A stretch of 62,676 nt of DNA, the filler included, from Actinomycetota bacterium (GTDB lineage Bacteria; Actinomycetota; Acidimicrobiia; IMCC26256; VFJJ01): the NCBI GenBank assembly GCA_009886115.1. It is 6 parts of 6 records of this genome, joined end to end, with 100 filler letters (N's around TTAATTAATTAA, not from the genome) between each part and the next. Parts side by side here need not be neighbours in the genome. Positions count along the whole stretch, not along the records: positions 21,786 to 32,373 come from VFJJ01000168.1; positions 32,474 to 53,509 come from VFJJ01000022.1; 4 more parts are not named here. One strand, given 5' to 3'. The notes below the pieces were generated by a model. It was not told where the DNA came from. It saw only the letters and a list, made by a program, of their open reading frames with translations, and made no database searches. Shown here piece by piece: positions 28,205 through 39,463 of the stretch. Position 1 is the stretch's first letter. Every line of letters starts with the position of its first letter. Made by a program: the position numbers and the translations under genes.

Positions 28205-29674
28205 ATGAACCCGTCCACCCCGGTGCCCTTTCGCGGCCGCATCCTCGTGCTCGGCTGCGGCTCGGTGTCGCAGTGCACCCTGCCCCTGCTGCTCGACGAG
28301 CTCGACGTCGCGCCCAAGCAGGTGACCGTGATGGACATGGTCGACAACCGCAAGCGCGTGCGTGAGGTCCAAAAGCGCGGCGTGCGGTACGTCGTCGACC
28401 AGATCACGAGGGAGAACCTCGACGAGACGCTGTCGCGCCACCTGCGCGAAGGCGATCTGCTCGTCGACCTGGCCTGGAACATCGACAACCCCACGATCCT
28501 CCAGTGGTGCCACGACAAGGGGGTCATGTACCTGAACACCTCCGTCGAGGTCTGGGACCCGTACGCGGGCGCAGCCGACGTCAGCCCCCTCGATCGCACG
28601 CTGTACGTGCGCCACATGGACATCCGCCGAACGATCGCCCGATGGGACGGTGGTGGTCGGCGGGGAGCCACCGCGGTCGTCGAGCACGGCGCCAATCCCG
28701 GGCTGGTCTCGCACTTCACCAAGGAAGCGCTGGTCGACATCTCCGACCGCGTGTTGGGCGAGGGCCGGGCCAAGGGCAGGCGTCGAGCGGCTCTCGAACG
28801 GGCCCGCGCCGCGTCCGACTTCGCCTCGCTGGCCCGGCACCTCGGCGTGAAGGTGATCCACATCGCCGAGCGCGACACGCAGATCACCAACGTTCCCAAG
28901 CGTTTCAACGAGTTCGTCAACACGTGGTCGGTGGAGGGCTTCTACGAAGAGGGTGTCGCCCCGGCCGAGCTCGGTTGGGGTACGCACGAGAAGTGGCTCC
29001 CCCCCAATGCGTATGTCCACCAGGGCAAGCCCGGCAACCAGATCTGCCTGGCTCAGCCGGGGATGAAGACCTGGGTGAGGTCGTGGGTTCCGTCCGGCGA
29101 GATCACCGGCATGGTCATCCGTCACGGCGAGGCGTTCACGATGTCGGAGCACCTCACCGTGTGGGACGGCGACCGTCCGCTCTACCGCCCCACCGTGAAC
29201 TACGCGTATTGCCCGTCCGAGGTCGCGGTGAGCAGCGTGCACGAGCTCGAGATGCGCCAGTGGGTGATCCAGCCCGAGCAGCGGATCCTCAACGACGAGA
29301 TCGTGAGCGGCCGCGACGAGCTCGGTGTGCTCCTCATGGGTCACGACTTCCGGTCCTGGTGGACGGGCTCGTTGCTGTCGATCGAAGAAGCCCGGGCCGT
29401 GATCCCGTCGCAGAACGCGACGACCCTCCAGGTCGCGGGCTCGATCGTGGCGGCCATCCGGTGGATGATCGTGAACCCCGACTCGGGTTTCCGGGTACCC
29501 GACGAGCTGCCCTACGACGAGATCCTCGGCGTTGCCAAGCGCTACCTGGGCACGTGGTGGAGCGGCGCCGCCGACTGGGACCCCGTCTCGAGTCGCAAGG
29601 ATGTCTTCGCCGGCTGGAACGCCCGCGACCTCGACCGTACCGATCCCTGGCAGTTCAAGAACTTCCTCGCCTGA
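28205..29674 (+). CDS. hss: Homospermidine synthase
   Basis: GCGSV, EHGANPGLVSHF, IHIAERDTQ, NTWSVEGF, HGEAFT, YRPTVNYAY, QNATTLQV, DPWQFKNF. Confidence 0.88.
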   Translation: MNPSTPVPFRGRILVLGCGSVSQCTLPLLLDELDVAPKQVTVMDMVDNRKRVREVQKRGVRYVVDQITRENLDETLSRHLREGDLLVDLAWNIDNPTILQWCHDKGVMYLNTSVEVWDPYAGAADVSPLDRTLYVRHMDIRRTIARWDGGGRRGATAVVEHGANPGLVSHFTKEALVDISDRVLGEGRAKGRRRAALERARAASDFASLARHLGVKVIHIAERDTQITNVPKRFNEFVNTWSVEGFYEEGVAPAELGWGTHEKWLPPNAYVHQGKPGNQICLAQPGMKTWVRSWVPSGEITGMVIRHGEAFTMSEHLTVWDGDRPLYRPTVNYAYCPSEVAVSSVHELEMRQWVIQPEQRILNDEIVSGRDELGVLLMGHDFRSWWTGSLLSIEEARAVIPSQNATTLQVAGSIVAAIRWMIVNPDSGFRVPDELPYDEILGVAKRYLGTWWSGAADWDPVSSRKDVFAGWNARDLDRTDPWQFKNFLA

Positions 29675-29764
29675 GCGCCGTCAGCGCCTGAACGCCGCCC
29701 CGGTGGCGGTGGCGGGGCGGCGGCGGTGCTGGCGGTGGCGGTGGCGGTGCTGGCGGTCCTGGGA

Positions 29765-30664
29765 TCACACGCCGGCGCTGGCGCGGCGGATGAGCAACGC
29801 CAGCGCCGCGATGGTGACGGCGACGCCGAGGAGTTGCCAGGCGTTCACCCGTTCGCCAACAAGGATCGCGGCCGCGGCCAACGCCACCACGGGAATTCCG
29901 AGGCTGAGCTGCGACTGGCGCGAGACCGGGAGGTAGTGCACGGCCCAGGTGTTGAGGAGATGGCCGGCGGCGCCAGGCAGCAGGACGATGGCCACGCACC
30001 AGGCCCAGTCGGCCGATGTCATCGAGCCGAGATCGTCGCTGCCGATCAGCGCGATGGGCGTGAGCACCACCGCCGCGACGGTGACGACACCCGCCATGAA
30101 CTCGAACGGGTTGAGCTCGACCCGGGCCCGCTTGATCATGAGGTAGTACCCCGCCCAGATGAACAGGGCGATGAAAGCGAGCACGTCACCGCTGGGGCTC
30201 CATTCGGGTCCGCCCGATCCTCCGACGATGACGATGCCGACCCCGCAGAGGGCACCGAAGCCCAGCAGCACGTCGAATCGAGACACCCGCTCGCCCATCC
30301 ATCGCCACGCCACGAACATGACCAGGACGGGGTTCAGCGCACCGATCATGGTGGCGTTGGTGATGCCCGTCCGGTGGATCGCCGTGAAGAACAAGGCGAT
30401 CTGGGTTCCGAACATCGCTCCGCTCAGCGCGCTGTGGCGGAACACGCGCCACGACAGGCGCCCGCCGGTCGCGTACAGGAGCGAGACCATGACGCCCGAG
30501 CCGAGTACCGAGCGCCAGAACGCCAGCGTGAGCCCGGACACGCCGACCTTCTTGTTGAACGCGTTGCCGACGCCCCAGCACACCACCGCTGCGCAGGCGG
30601 CGATCGTCGCGAGGCGCGCCCGGGTCATCCGTGCCGGCGGGCTCGCCGCGTCGGTTGCCGTCAT
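29765..30664 (-). CDS. DMT/EamA family transporter
   Basis: About 10 TM segments in two EamA halves; GDVLAFIALFIWAGY. Confidence 0.88.
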   Translation of the reverse strand: MTATDAASPPARMTRARLATIAACAAVVCWGVGNAFNKKVGVSGLTLAFWRSVLGSGVMVSLLYATGGRLSWRVFRHSALSGAMFGTQIALFFTAIHRTGITNATMIGALNPVLVMFVAWRWMGERVSRFDVLLGFGALCGVGIVIVGGSGGPEWSPSGDVLAFIALFIWAGYYLMIKRARVELNPFEFMAGVVTVAAVVLTPIALIGSDDLGSMTSADWAWCVAIVLLPGAAGHLLNTWAVHYLPVSRQSQLSLGIPVVALAAAAILVGERVNAWQLLGVAVTIAALALLIRRASAGV

Positions 30665-30666
30665 CG

Positions 30667-32373
<1,707 letters not shown>

Positions 32374-32484
32374 NNNNNNNNNNNNNNNNNNNNNNNNNNN
32401 NNNNNNNNNNNNNNNNNTTAATTAATTAANNNNNNNNNNNNNNNNNNNNNNNNNNNNNNNNNNNNNNNNNNNNCTCCCCGGTAG

Positions 32485-32542
32485 CTCGGACCCCCCGCTC
32501 TCGGACCCCCGCTCTCGGACCCCCCGCTCTCGGACCGCCGCT
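32485..32542 (+). repeat. Imperfect ~15-bp tandem repeat CTCGGACCCCCCGCT (about 4 copies)
   Basis: Directly visible. Confidence 0.85.
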
Positions 32543-32556
32543 CGACCTCGGGCCCG

Positions 32557-33393
32557 CTACTCGACGGTGCAGCGGCGCATGCGGCGGTGTTGGGGGGCGT
32601 CGAGGAAGTGGTCGGAGAGCGCACGGTGGTTGGTGGAGCGCTCGTCCCAGATCGCCAGGTCGCCCGGCTGCCAGCGCCAGCGGACGTGGAGGTTGGGGTC
32701 GTCGAGGATTCCCTGGAGGTAGCCGAGCAACAGCGTGCTCTCGGCCGGGTGCAGGCCCACGATGTGCTGCATGAACGAGCCGCCGAGGAACAGCACCTTG
32801 GCCCCGGTCTCGGGGTGCACCTTGACGAGCGGGTGGGTGGCGCCGTCCACGAACTGCTCGATCCGCTCCCGCACCTCGGGTCCGAACGACCGGGCGACGG
32901 CGTCGATGAACCTCGGGCCGGGGTGGTGGTACACCTCGAGCGGGTCACAGAAGCGCTGCATCACCGGCGAGAGCGCGTCGTAGGCCCTGGTGGTCGAGGC
33001 CCACAACGTGTCGCCACCCACGGACGGGACCTCGAGCGCGCACAGCAGCGCGATCGACGGCGGCGTCGGGCTCCACGTCACGTCGGTGTGCCACCCGTCG
33101 GCGTCGGGCGGGCTCCCGGGCGAGTCCTCGATCACGCTGAGCACCCGATCGCCACCCATCAGCTTCACGATGGGAAACACCGACGGCTCGCCGAGGCATC
33201 GGGCCAGCGCCAGGTGTTGTTCGTCGTCGAGATGGGCGCCCCGCACGAACAGCACCTGGTGCTCGAGCAGGCCGGCGCGCAGAACTGCGACCTCGTCGGC
33301 ACCGAGCGGGCCCGACACGTCGAGGCCTTCGAGCACGGCCCCGCACGCCCCGGCCACCGGGGTGAACGACGGGCTCGTCCGTGTCGCGCTCAC
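32557..33393 (-). CDS. TauD/TfdA Fe(II)/2-oxoglutarate dioxygenase
   Basis: WHTDVT (HxD), GGDTLW, HPLVKVHPETG, WDERSTNHRA. Confidence 0.93.
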   Translation of the reverse strand: MSATRTSPSFTPVAGACGAVLEGLDVSGPLGADEVAVLRAGLLEHQVLFVRGAHLDDEQHLALARCLGEPSVFPIVKLMGGDRVLSVIEDSPGSPPDADGWHTDVTWSPTPPSIALLCALEVPSVGGDTLWASTTRAYDALSPVMQRFCDPLEVYHHPGPRFIDAVARSFGPEVRERIEQFVDGATHPLVKVHPETGAKVLFLGGSFMQHIVGLHPAESTLLLGYLQGILDDPNLHVRWRWQPGDLAIWDERSTNHRALSDHFLDAPQHRRMRRCTVE

Positions 33394-33429
33394 GTCTGCC
33401 TCCTTCACGTCTGCCTCCTTGCTCTGCCG

Positions 33430-34635
33430 TCAGCGCCGGGGCAGGCCGAGGATGCGCTCGGCCACGATGTTGCGCTGGATCTCGCTGGTGCCCCCGGGGA
33501 TGGTCGAAGCGAACGATCCGAGGTACGACATGACCCAGTTCCCGGTGTAGTAGCGATGATCGCAGTAGTGCTGGAGATCGACGCAGTCGACCGACTCGGC
33601 TCCGACGGCGTCGATGCCCGCCAGGTCGATGTTCTGGAGGGTCTCGGACGCGAACAGCTTGAGGATCGAGTGCTCGGGCGATGCCTTGCCTGACATCGAC
33701 TTGGTGAAACCCCGGTAGCCCATGCACTGCATGGCGTGCACGTCGATGTAGCGGGCGGCGACGATGTCGCGGAACCTCCGGTCGTGCTTGAGCCCGGCGC
33801 CGATGTCGTCGGGGCGCGCAGCCAGGCCCGCCAGATGCCCGAGAGCCTCGGCGGCCAGGAACCAGCCCTCGACCCACAGGATGGCCCGCTCGTGCGCCAG
33901 CGATCCCTGGCTCACGGCCCATCCTCCGTGCAGCGGGCCGAGCAGCTGATCGGCGGGCACTTCGACATCGGTGAAGAACACCTCGTTGAGGTCGTGGATG
34001 TCACCGCCCACGAGCTCGTGGATCGGGCGGATCTCGATGCCCGGCGACCGGAGGTCGACCAGCAGACACGAGATGCCCTTGTGCTTGGGCGCTTCCGGAT
34101 CGGTGCGCACGAAGAGGATGACCCAGTCGGAGTGGTGGGCGCCCGAGGTCCAGATCTTCTGCCCGTTGACGACGAACGTGTCGCCGTGCAGCACCGCCTT
34201 GGTCTTCAGGCCGCCAAAGTCGCTCCCGGCGTTGGGCTCGCTCATCCCGAGGCACCACGAGGTCTCGCCCCGCAAGGCGGGCATCGCGAAGCGCTCGATC
34301 TGCTCGGGCGTCCCGTAGTCGAGGATCGACGGGGTGACGATGCTCACTCCCGTCCAGTTCGTCGAGCGTGGCAGGTGCCGAGCGAGGAACTCCTCGTAGT
34401 AGATGAGCTGCTCGACGGGACCGAGGTTACGTCCTCCGAACTCGGGTCCCAGCCCGGGGATGAGCAGGCCGGCGTCGAAGAGCTTCCGCTGCCAGGGCCG
34501 GGCCCACGACGGGTAGTGCGATGCCGAGAGCGCCGGATCAGCCGCCATCGTCTCGGGGGTCGGTGCGTGCTCGTCGAGCCAGGCCCGCAGCTCGGCTCGG
34601 AACTTCTCGGTCTCGTCGTCCCAACGGAGATGCAT
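33430..34635 (-). CDS. Acyl-CoA dehydrogenase
   Basis: WCLGMSEPNAGSD, NGQKIWTS, NEVFFTDV, TIPGGTSEIQRNIVAERILGLPR. Confidence 0.95.
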   Translation of the reverse strand: MHLRWDDETEKFRAELRAWLDEHAPTPETMAADPALSASHYPSWARPWQRKLFDAGLLIPGLGPEFGGRNLGPVEQLIYYEEFLARHLPRSTNWTGVSIVTPSILDYGTPEQIERFAMPALRGETSWCLGMSEPNAGSDFGGLKTKAVLHGDTFVVNGQKIWTSGAHHSDWVILFVRTDPEAPKHKGISCLLVDLRSPGIEIRPIHELVGGDIHDLNEVFFTDVEVPADQLLGPLHGGWAVSQGSLAHERAILWVEGWFLAAEALGHLAGLAARPDDIGAGLKHDRRFRDIVAARYIDVHAMQCMGYRGFTKSMSGKASPEHSILKLFASETLQNIDLAGIDAVGAESVDCVDLQHYCDHRYYTGNWVMSYLGSFASTIPGGTSEIQRNIVAERILGLPRR

Positions 34636-34689
34636 CGGCGGAAGTTAGCCGGTGGCCCAGGCTCAACGAAGCGGCGGTACGGTGCACCC

Positions 34690-35493
34690 ATGACCAGCGA
34701 GACGACCGGGCCGCCTGCGAGCACCGAACCGGCCGAGCCGACGCCGTCGTCCGAGTCCGGTCCCCGGCGTTGGGACGGCAAGCGCTTCGGCGACTGGGCC
34801 ACCGAGGCCGCCCGCACAGGCAAGACCTTCGAGGCGATCCCCGCGGCCACGGTGATCCTGCTCCGCGACACGCCGGCCGGCATCGAGACGCTCATGCTGC
34901 ACCGCAACGCCGCGCTGGCGTTCGTCGGCGGTGGGTGGGTGTTCCCTGGCGGGCGGGTCGATCCCGGCGACTTCAGCGCCGATGCCCCGTCAGACGAGTT
35001 CCTCGCCGCCCGGGCTGCCGCGGTACGCGAGGCCAGGGAGGAAGCCGGTCTGGTCGTCGATCCCGACCGCTGCGTGTTCTTCGCCCACTGGGTACCGCCG
35101 CCCCAGGCACCAAAGCGTTTCGCCACATGGTTCTTCGTGGCGCCGGCGCCCACGGCCGACTCGGTGACGATCGACGGAGGCGAGATCCACGACCACGCGT
35201 GGCTGCGCCCGGCCGACGTGATCGATCGCCACCGTTCCGGCGAGATCGACATGGTGCCGCCCACGTGGGTCACCCTCCACGAGCTCACCCAGCACGCCAC
35301 CGTCGCCGAAGCCGTGGCGCACGCCGAGCAGACCGAGCCGCTGTTCTTCGAGACCCACATCGCCCGGGTCGGTGAGAGCGCGGTGGCGCTGTGGGCCGGC
35401 GACGCAGGCTACGACGCATCCGACGCCGACGTTCCGGGCCCCCGCCACCGCCTGCACATGCTCCCCGCCGGCTGGCGCTACGAACGCACCTGA
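34690..35493 (+). CDS. NUDIX hydrolase
   Basis: FPGGRVD...AAVREAREEAGL; KRFATWFF. Confidence 0.9.
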   Translation: MTSETTGPPASTEPAEPTPSSESGPRRWDGKRFGDWATEAARTGKTFEAIPAATVILLRDTPAGIETLMLHRNAALAFVGGGWVFPGGRVDPGDFSADAPSDEFLAARAAAVREAREEAGLVVDPDRCVFFAHWVPPPQAPKRFATWFFVAPAPTADSVTIDGGEIHDHAWLRPADVIDRHRSGEIDMVPPTWVTLHELTQHATVAEAVAHAEQTEPLFFETHIARVGESAVALWAGDAGYDASDADVPGPRHRLHMLPAGWRYERT

Positions 35494-35571
35494 GCCGTCC
35501 CCCTGCCTGATTCGGGCCAATGCACCCGCGCGGGTTCAAGGGTTCGTACGGCAGGGGTCGATGAGCGCACC

Positions 35572-36063
35572 ATGGGGAGCTACGCAGCGAGGCTGGTGGC
35601 ACTGGTACGCGGCGACCTCGAGCAGGACGAGCAGATCGTGGTGGGCTTCAAGGCGTTCGTCCCCGGGGCGATGCTCGCCCAGACGGCGGCCGCCACCGGT
35701 GCCGCCTTCGGAGGCGGTTCGGGCGACGAGGCGGCCCGGTCGCTCGATCATCTCCGCGAAGCGACGCGAGCAGCCGCCGAGCACCTCCCGTTCCCCGTGG
35801 TGCCGCAGATGATCTTCGGTCTCACGAATCGCCGCTTTGCGGTGTGGGCCATGTCGGCCATGGGCAAGCCCAAGCACCTGCTCGGCTCGTTGGGACCCGA
35901 CGGGATCCGCAGCGCGACCGTCACCGGTGCCGCAGGCTTCCCCCGCATGGGTCATCTCACCCTGGGGCTCGCCGACGGCCCCGACGTGATCTTCGAGGTT
36001 CCCGGCGGGCATGTCACCGACGCCCGACGCTTCTGCTTGAGCGTGAGCGTGAACGCGGCGTAG
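35572..36063 (+). CDS. Hypothetical protein
   Basis: Fills the gap between two plus-strand genes with host-like codon use; no recognised motif. Confidence 0.6.
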   Translation: MGSYAARLVALVRGDLEQDEQIVVGFKAFVPGAMLAQTAAATGAAFGGGSGDEAARSLDHLREATRAAAEHLPFPVVPQMIFGLTNRRFAVWAMSAMGKPKHLLGSLGPDGIRSATVTGAAGFPRMGHLTLGLADGPDVIFEVPGGHVTDARRFCLSVSVNAA

Positions 36064-36153
36064 CCGGCGGCATCCGCCGTAGGCTCCGAGCCGGCGAATC
36101 CGTTGACCCCCATGGGTCAGACCGGTGCGCACTCGCCTGGAGGCAATGACACC

Positions 36154-37869
36154 ATGCACGATCTCGTGATTCGCGGCGGGACGATCGTCGATGGGACCGG
36201 CGGCGAGCCCCACACCGGCGACGTGGCCATCGACGGCGATCGCATCACGGCCTGCGGCGGTCGTGTCGATGGGCCGGGCCGGCAGGAGCTGAACGCCGAC
36301 GGCCTGCTCGTGACCCCGGGTCTCGTCGACGTGCACACCCACTACGACGGCCAAGTGTCGTGGGACCCGCTGCTCAGCCCGTCGTGCTCGCATGGCGTGA
36401 CGACCGTCGTGATGGGCAACTGCGGCGTGGGTTTCGCACCGGTGGCACCCGATCGCCACGACTGGCTGATCGGGCTGATGGAAGGTGTCGAGGACATCCC
36501 GGGGAGCGTGTTGCACGAGGGCATCACCTGGGGATGGGAGAGCTTCCCCGAGTACCTCGACGTCATCGACCGTCTCCCCCGGGCGATCGACGTGGGCGCC
36601 CAGCTTCCCCACGGCGCGTTGCGGGCCTTCGTGATGGGCGAGCGCGGCGCCGACCACCGCCAGCACCCGACCGACGCCGAGATCACGACCATGGCCCGCT
36701 TGACACGCGAAGCGATCCTCGCCGGAGCACTGGGGTTCACGACATCACGCACAGTCAACCACAAGACCCGCGACGGTGAGCCCACCCCGTCGCTCACGGC
36801 AACGAGCGCCGAGCTGCTCGGGATCGCCCGAGGTCTCGCCGAAGCAGGTGCCGGGGTCATGGAGATCATCTGCGACTGGGAGGATCTCGACGCCGAGTTC
36901 GAGCTGTTGCGCCAGATGGTTCTCACGTCGGGGCGACCGATGTCGATCACCGTCCTCCAGAGCGACGCCGCGCCCACCAAGTGGCGGCGACTGCTCGATC
37001 ACATCGAGGCTGCCGACCGGTCCGGATTGCCCATGCGGGGTCAGGTGGCGGCCCGCCCCGTCGGACTGGTGATGGGGCTGGAGTCGCGCATCCACCCCTT
37101 CAAGATGTGCCCGACCTACCTGCCGCTCGACGAGCTCCCGCTGCCCGAGCGGCTCGTGAGGCTGCGCGACCCGCTGGTGCGCACGGCGATCATCGCCGAG
37201 GCCCGAACGCGACGACTCGCCCTGGCCGATCCGTCACGCATGTTCCCGCTCGGCGATCCGCCCGATTACGAGCCCCGACCCGAGGATTCGGTGACGGGCC
37301 GGGCTGCAGCCGCCGGGTTCGAGCCGTTGGCGGTGGCCTACGACTGGCTCACCGGCGCCGATGGCCATCGGGTGCTGTACGTGCCGGTGATGAACTACGC
37401 CGATGGCGACTGCGAGACCACCCGCGAGATGCTGCTCTCGCCGAGCACCGTCCCCGGCCTGGGCGATGCCGGAGCCCACTGCACGCTCATCTCCGACGGC
37501 TCGTTCCCGACCTATCTGCTCACCCACTGGGGCCGCGACCGCACCCGGGGCGAGCGGCTCCCCGTTCCCTGGTTGGTCAAGCGCCAGACGGCCGACACCG
37601 CTCGCCTCGTGGGGCTGCACGACCGGGGCGTGCTGGCCGCCGGCTACAAGGCCGACGTGAACCTCATCGAGTGGGACGCCCTGGGCATCGGCCCGCCCCG
37701 CATCGCCTACGACCTCCCGACGGGCGGGAAGCGCTTGCTCCAGGCGGCTCGGGGATACCGCCACACCATCGTGTCGGGCGAGGTCGCGTTCGTCGACGGC
37801 GACTCGACCGGTTCCCGCAGCGGTCGCCTGGTCCGCGGCGCCCGGACCACCCGAGGAGCGCACTCATGA
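36154..37869 (+). CDS. N-acyl-D-amino-acid deacylase family amidohydrolase
   Basis: DLVIRGGTIVDGTG, PGLVDVHTHYD, GVTTVVMGNCGVGFAP, GLGDAGAH. Confidence 0.93.
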   Translation: MHDLVIRGGTIVDGTGGEPHTGDVAIDGDRITACGGRVDGPGRQELNADGLLVTPGLVDVHTHYDGQVSWDPLLSPSCSHGVTTVVMGNCGVGFAPVAPDRHDWLIGLMEGVEDIPGSVLHEGITWGWESFPEYLDVIDRLPRAIDVGAQLPHGALRAFVMGERGADHRQHPTDAEITTMARLTREAILAGALGFTTSRTVNHKTRDGEPTPSLTATSAELLGIARGLAEAGAGVMEIICDWEDLDAEFELLRQMVLTSGRPMSITVLQSDAAPTKWRRLLDHIEAADRSGLPMRGQVAARPVGLVMGLESRIHPFKMCPTYLPLDELPLPERLVRLRDPLVRTAIIAEARTRRLALADPSRMFPLGDPPDYEPRPEDSVTGRAAAAGFEPLAVAYDWLTGADGHRVLYVPVMNYADGDCETTREMLLSPSTVPGLGDAGAHCTLISDGSFPTYLLTHWGRDRTRGERLPVPWLVKRQTADTARLVGLHDRGVLAAGYKADVNLIEWDALGIGPPRIAYDLPTGGKRLLQAARGYRHTIVSGEVAFVDGDSTGSRSGRLVRGARTTRGAHS

Positions 37870-38519
37870 GCCAGGTGCCGATTCACCCGTCGCCCGTCAA
37901 CCCGTTGCTCGATCACGGCAAGCGGTTCGACCGCAAGGAAGTCGATGAGGCGTTCCAGAACTTCTATCTCATCGGCTGCGTCGAGGAGGACTGGACCGCC
38001 TGGGCACGGCTGTTCACCCACGATGCCTGCTACGTGGAACGGTTCTGGGGCAACCTCACCGGCACCCGCGAGATCGAGGCCTGGATCAACCCGGTGATGG
38101 CCGGCGTCCCCGAGATCTACACGGTGCTCGAGTGGTACATGGTCGACGAGACGGGCCGAGTCGTGTGGTACCTGCAGAACCGGCGGGACAACCCCGATCC
38201 TGACGGCCCTGCGTACTTCGACTTCGCTGGGATCTCGACGGCTCGCTACGCCGGCGACGGGCTCTTCGACTACGAGGAGGACTACTGGGACGTCAAGGGT
38301 GCCCGGGCCACCGCGGGCGAGTACGCCGCCGCGGTCGAGAAGATGGGCACGACCGACGAGCAGAAGCTCTCGCGCCGCTTCTGGCCCGCGGGGCCGGCCT
38401 TCGCCCGTCTCGACACCACGACGGCCATCCCCAACTGGCTGGCCATGCCCGACGTGCGCCGCATCACCAAGCCCTGGGAGCTGCGGGAGATCCTGGCCGA
38501 GGTCCGGGCGCAGGACTGA
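37866..38519 (+). CDS. SnoaL/NTF2-like protein
   Basis: DWTAWARLFTHDACYVERFWG...YAGDGLFDYEEDYWD; ATGA-coupled. Confidence 0.8.
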   Translation: MSQVPIHPSPVNPLLDHGKRFDRKEVDEAFQNFYLIGCVEEDWTAWARLFTHDACYVERFWGNLTGTREIEAWINPVMAGVPEIYTVLEWYMVDETGRVVWYLQNRRDNPDPDGPAYFDFAGISTARYAGDGLFDYEEDYWDVKGARATAGEYAAAVEKMGTTDEQKLSRRFWPAGPAFARLDTTTAIPNWLAMPDVRRITKPWELREILAEVRAQD

Positions 38520-38582
38520 ACGCATGCCGGGGACGGAGCGGGCGCCGGGGACGGGGACGGGGGCGGGGTCACGCGACGTCCG

Positions 38583-39398
38583 TTACGCGAACAGGACCCC
38601 TCCGCCGTCGACCATCAGGGTCTGGCCGGTGAGGTAGCGGCAGGCGTCGGTGCAGAGGAACCGCACGACGGGGGCGATGTCGTACTCGGGATCGCCGTCG
38701 CGGCCCATGGGATGGTTGTCGTACATGCGGTTCCACACGGCCTTGCGGATCGGGTCGTCGTCGCCTGGGGGCAAGCGGTGCCCCGCCGAGGCCGGACAGA
38801 TGGCGTTCACGCAGATCCCGTCGCGGCCCCATTCCCGTGCCGCCGTGCGGGTGAGGGCTCTGATCGCCTCCTTCGACGCGTTGTAGGCCGCGAATCCCTC
38901 GCCCCCGGTGACGCCGGCGGCCGAGCCGAAGTTGACGATGCGGCCCCAACCCTGCGACCGCATGTGCGGATACACGGCCTGCATGGCCCACAACGTGCCC
39001 TTGACGCCCGAGGTGATGAGCACGTCGATGTCGGCCTCGGGGGTCTCGGCGATGGGCTTCGTCGATGCGAACGTCTGAGCGTTGTTCACGAGACCGTCGA
39101 CCCGGCCGAACTCGGCCATGGCCGCCGCAACCATGCTCTCGATCGACGCCTGCTCCATCACGTTGCACACCACGCCGAGATGGGGCACGCCGAGATCGGT
39201 GAGCTCCGTCGTCACGTTCTCGAGCCGGTCGGGCCTCCACTCGGCGGCAACGACGCTGGCGCCACCCCGGCCCAGATGACGAGCGATGCCTTGGCCGATG
39301 CCCCGACCGGCGCCGGTCACGATGACGACCTTCCCAGCCACGGAATGCTGGTCGGCTTCAGGGGCCAGGCTGCTCGTCGTGTCCGTGGGATCGCTCAT
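38583..39398 (-). CDS. SDR oxidoreductase
   Basis: TGAGRGIG, YNASK, TGQTLMVDGG. Confidence 0.93.
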   Translation of the reverse strand: MSDPTDTTSSLAPEADQHSVAGKVVIVTGAGRGIGQGIARHLGRGGASVVAAEWRPDRLENVTTELTDLGVPHLGVVCNVMEQASIESMVAAAMAEFGRVDGLVNNAQTFASTKPIAETPEADIDVLITSGVKGTLWAMQAVYPHMRSQGWGRIVNFGSAAGVTGGEGFAAYNASKEAIRALTRTAAREWGRDGICVNAICPASAGHRLPPGDDDPIRKAVWNRMYDNHPMGRDGDPEYDIAPVVRFLCTDACRYLTGQTLMVDGGGVLFA

Positions 39399-39463
39399 GG
39401 TCACTCCAGGCTCGGGCGCCGAATCTCTCGGGCATCGGCAGCGAAGTACGGCATCATCGCGGA

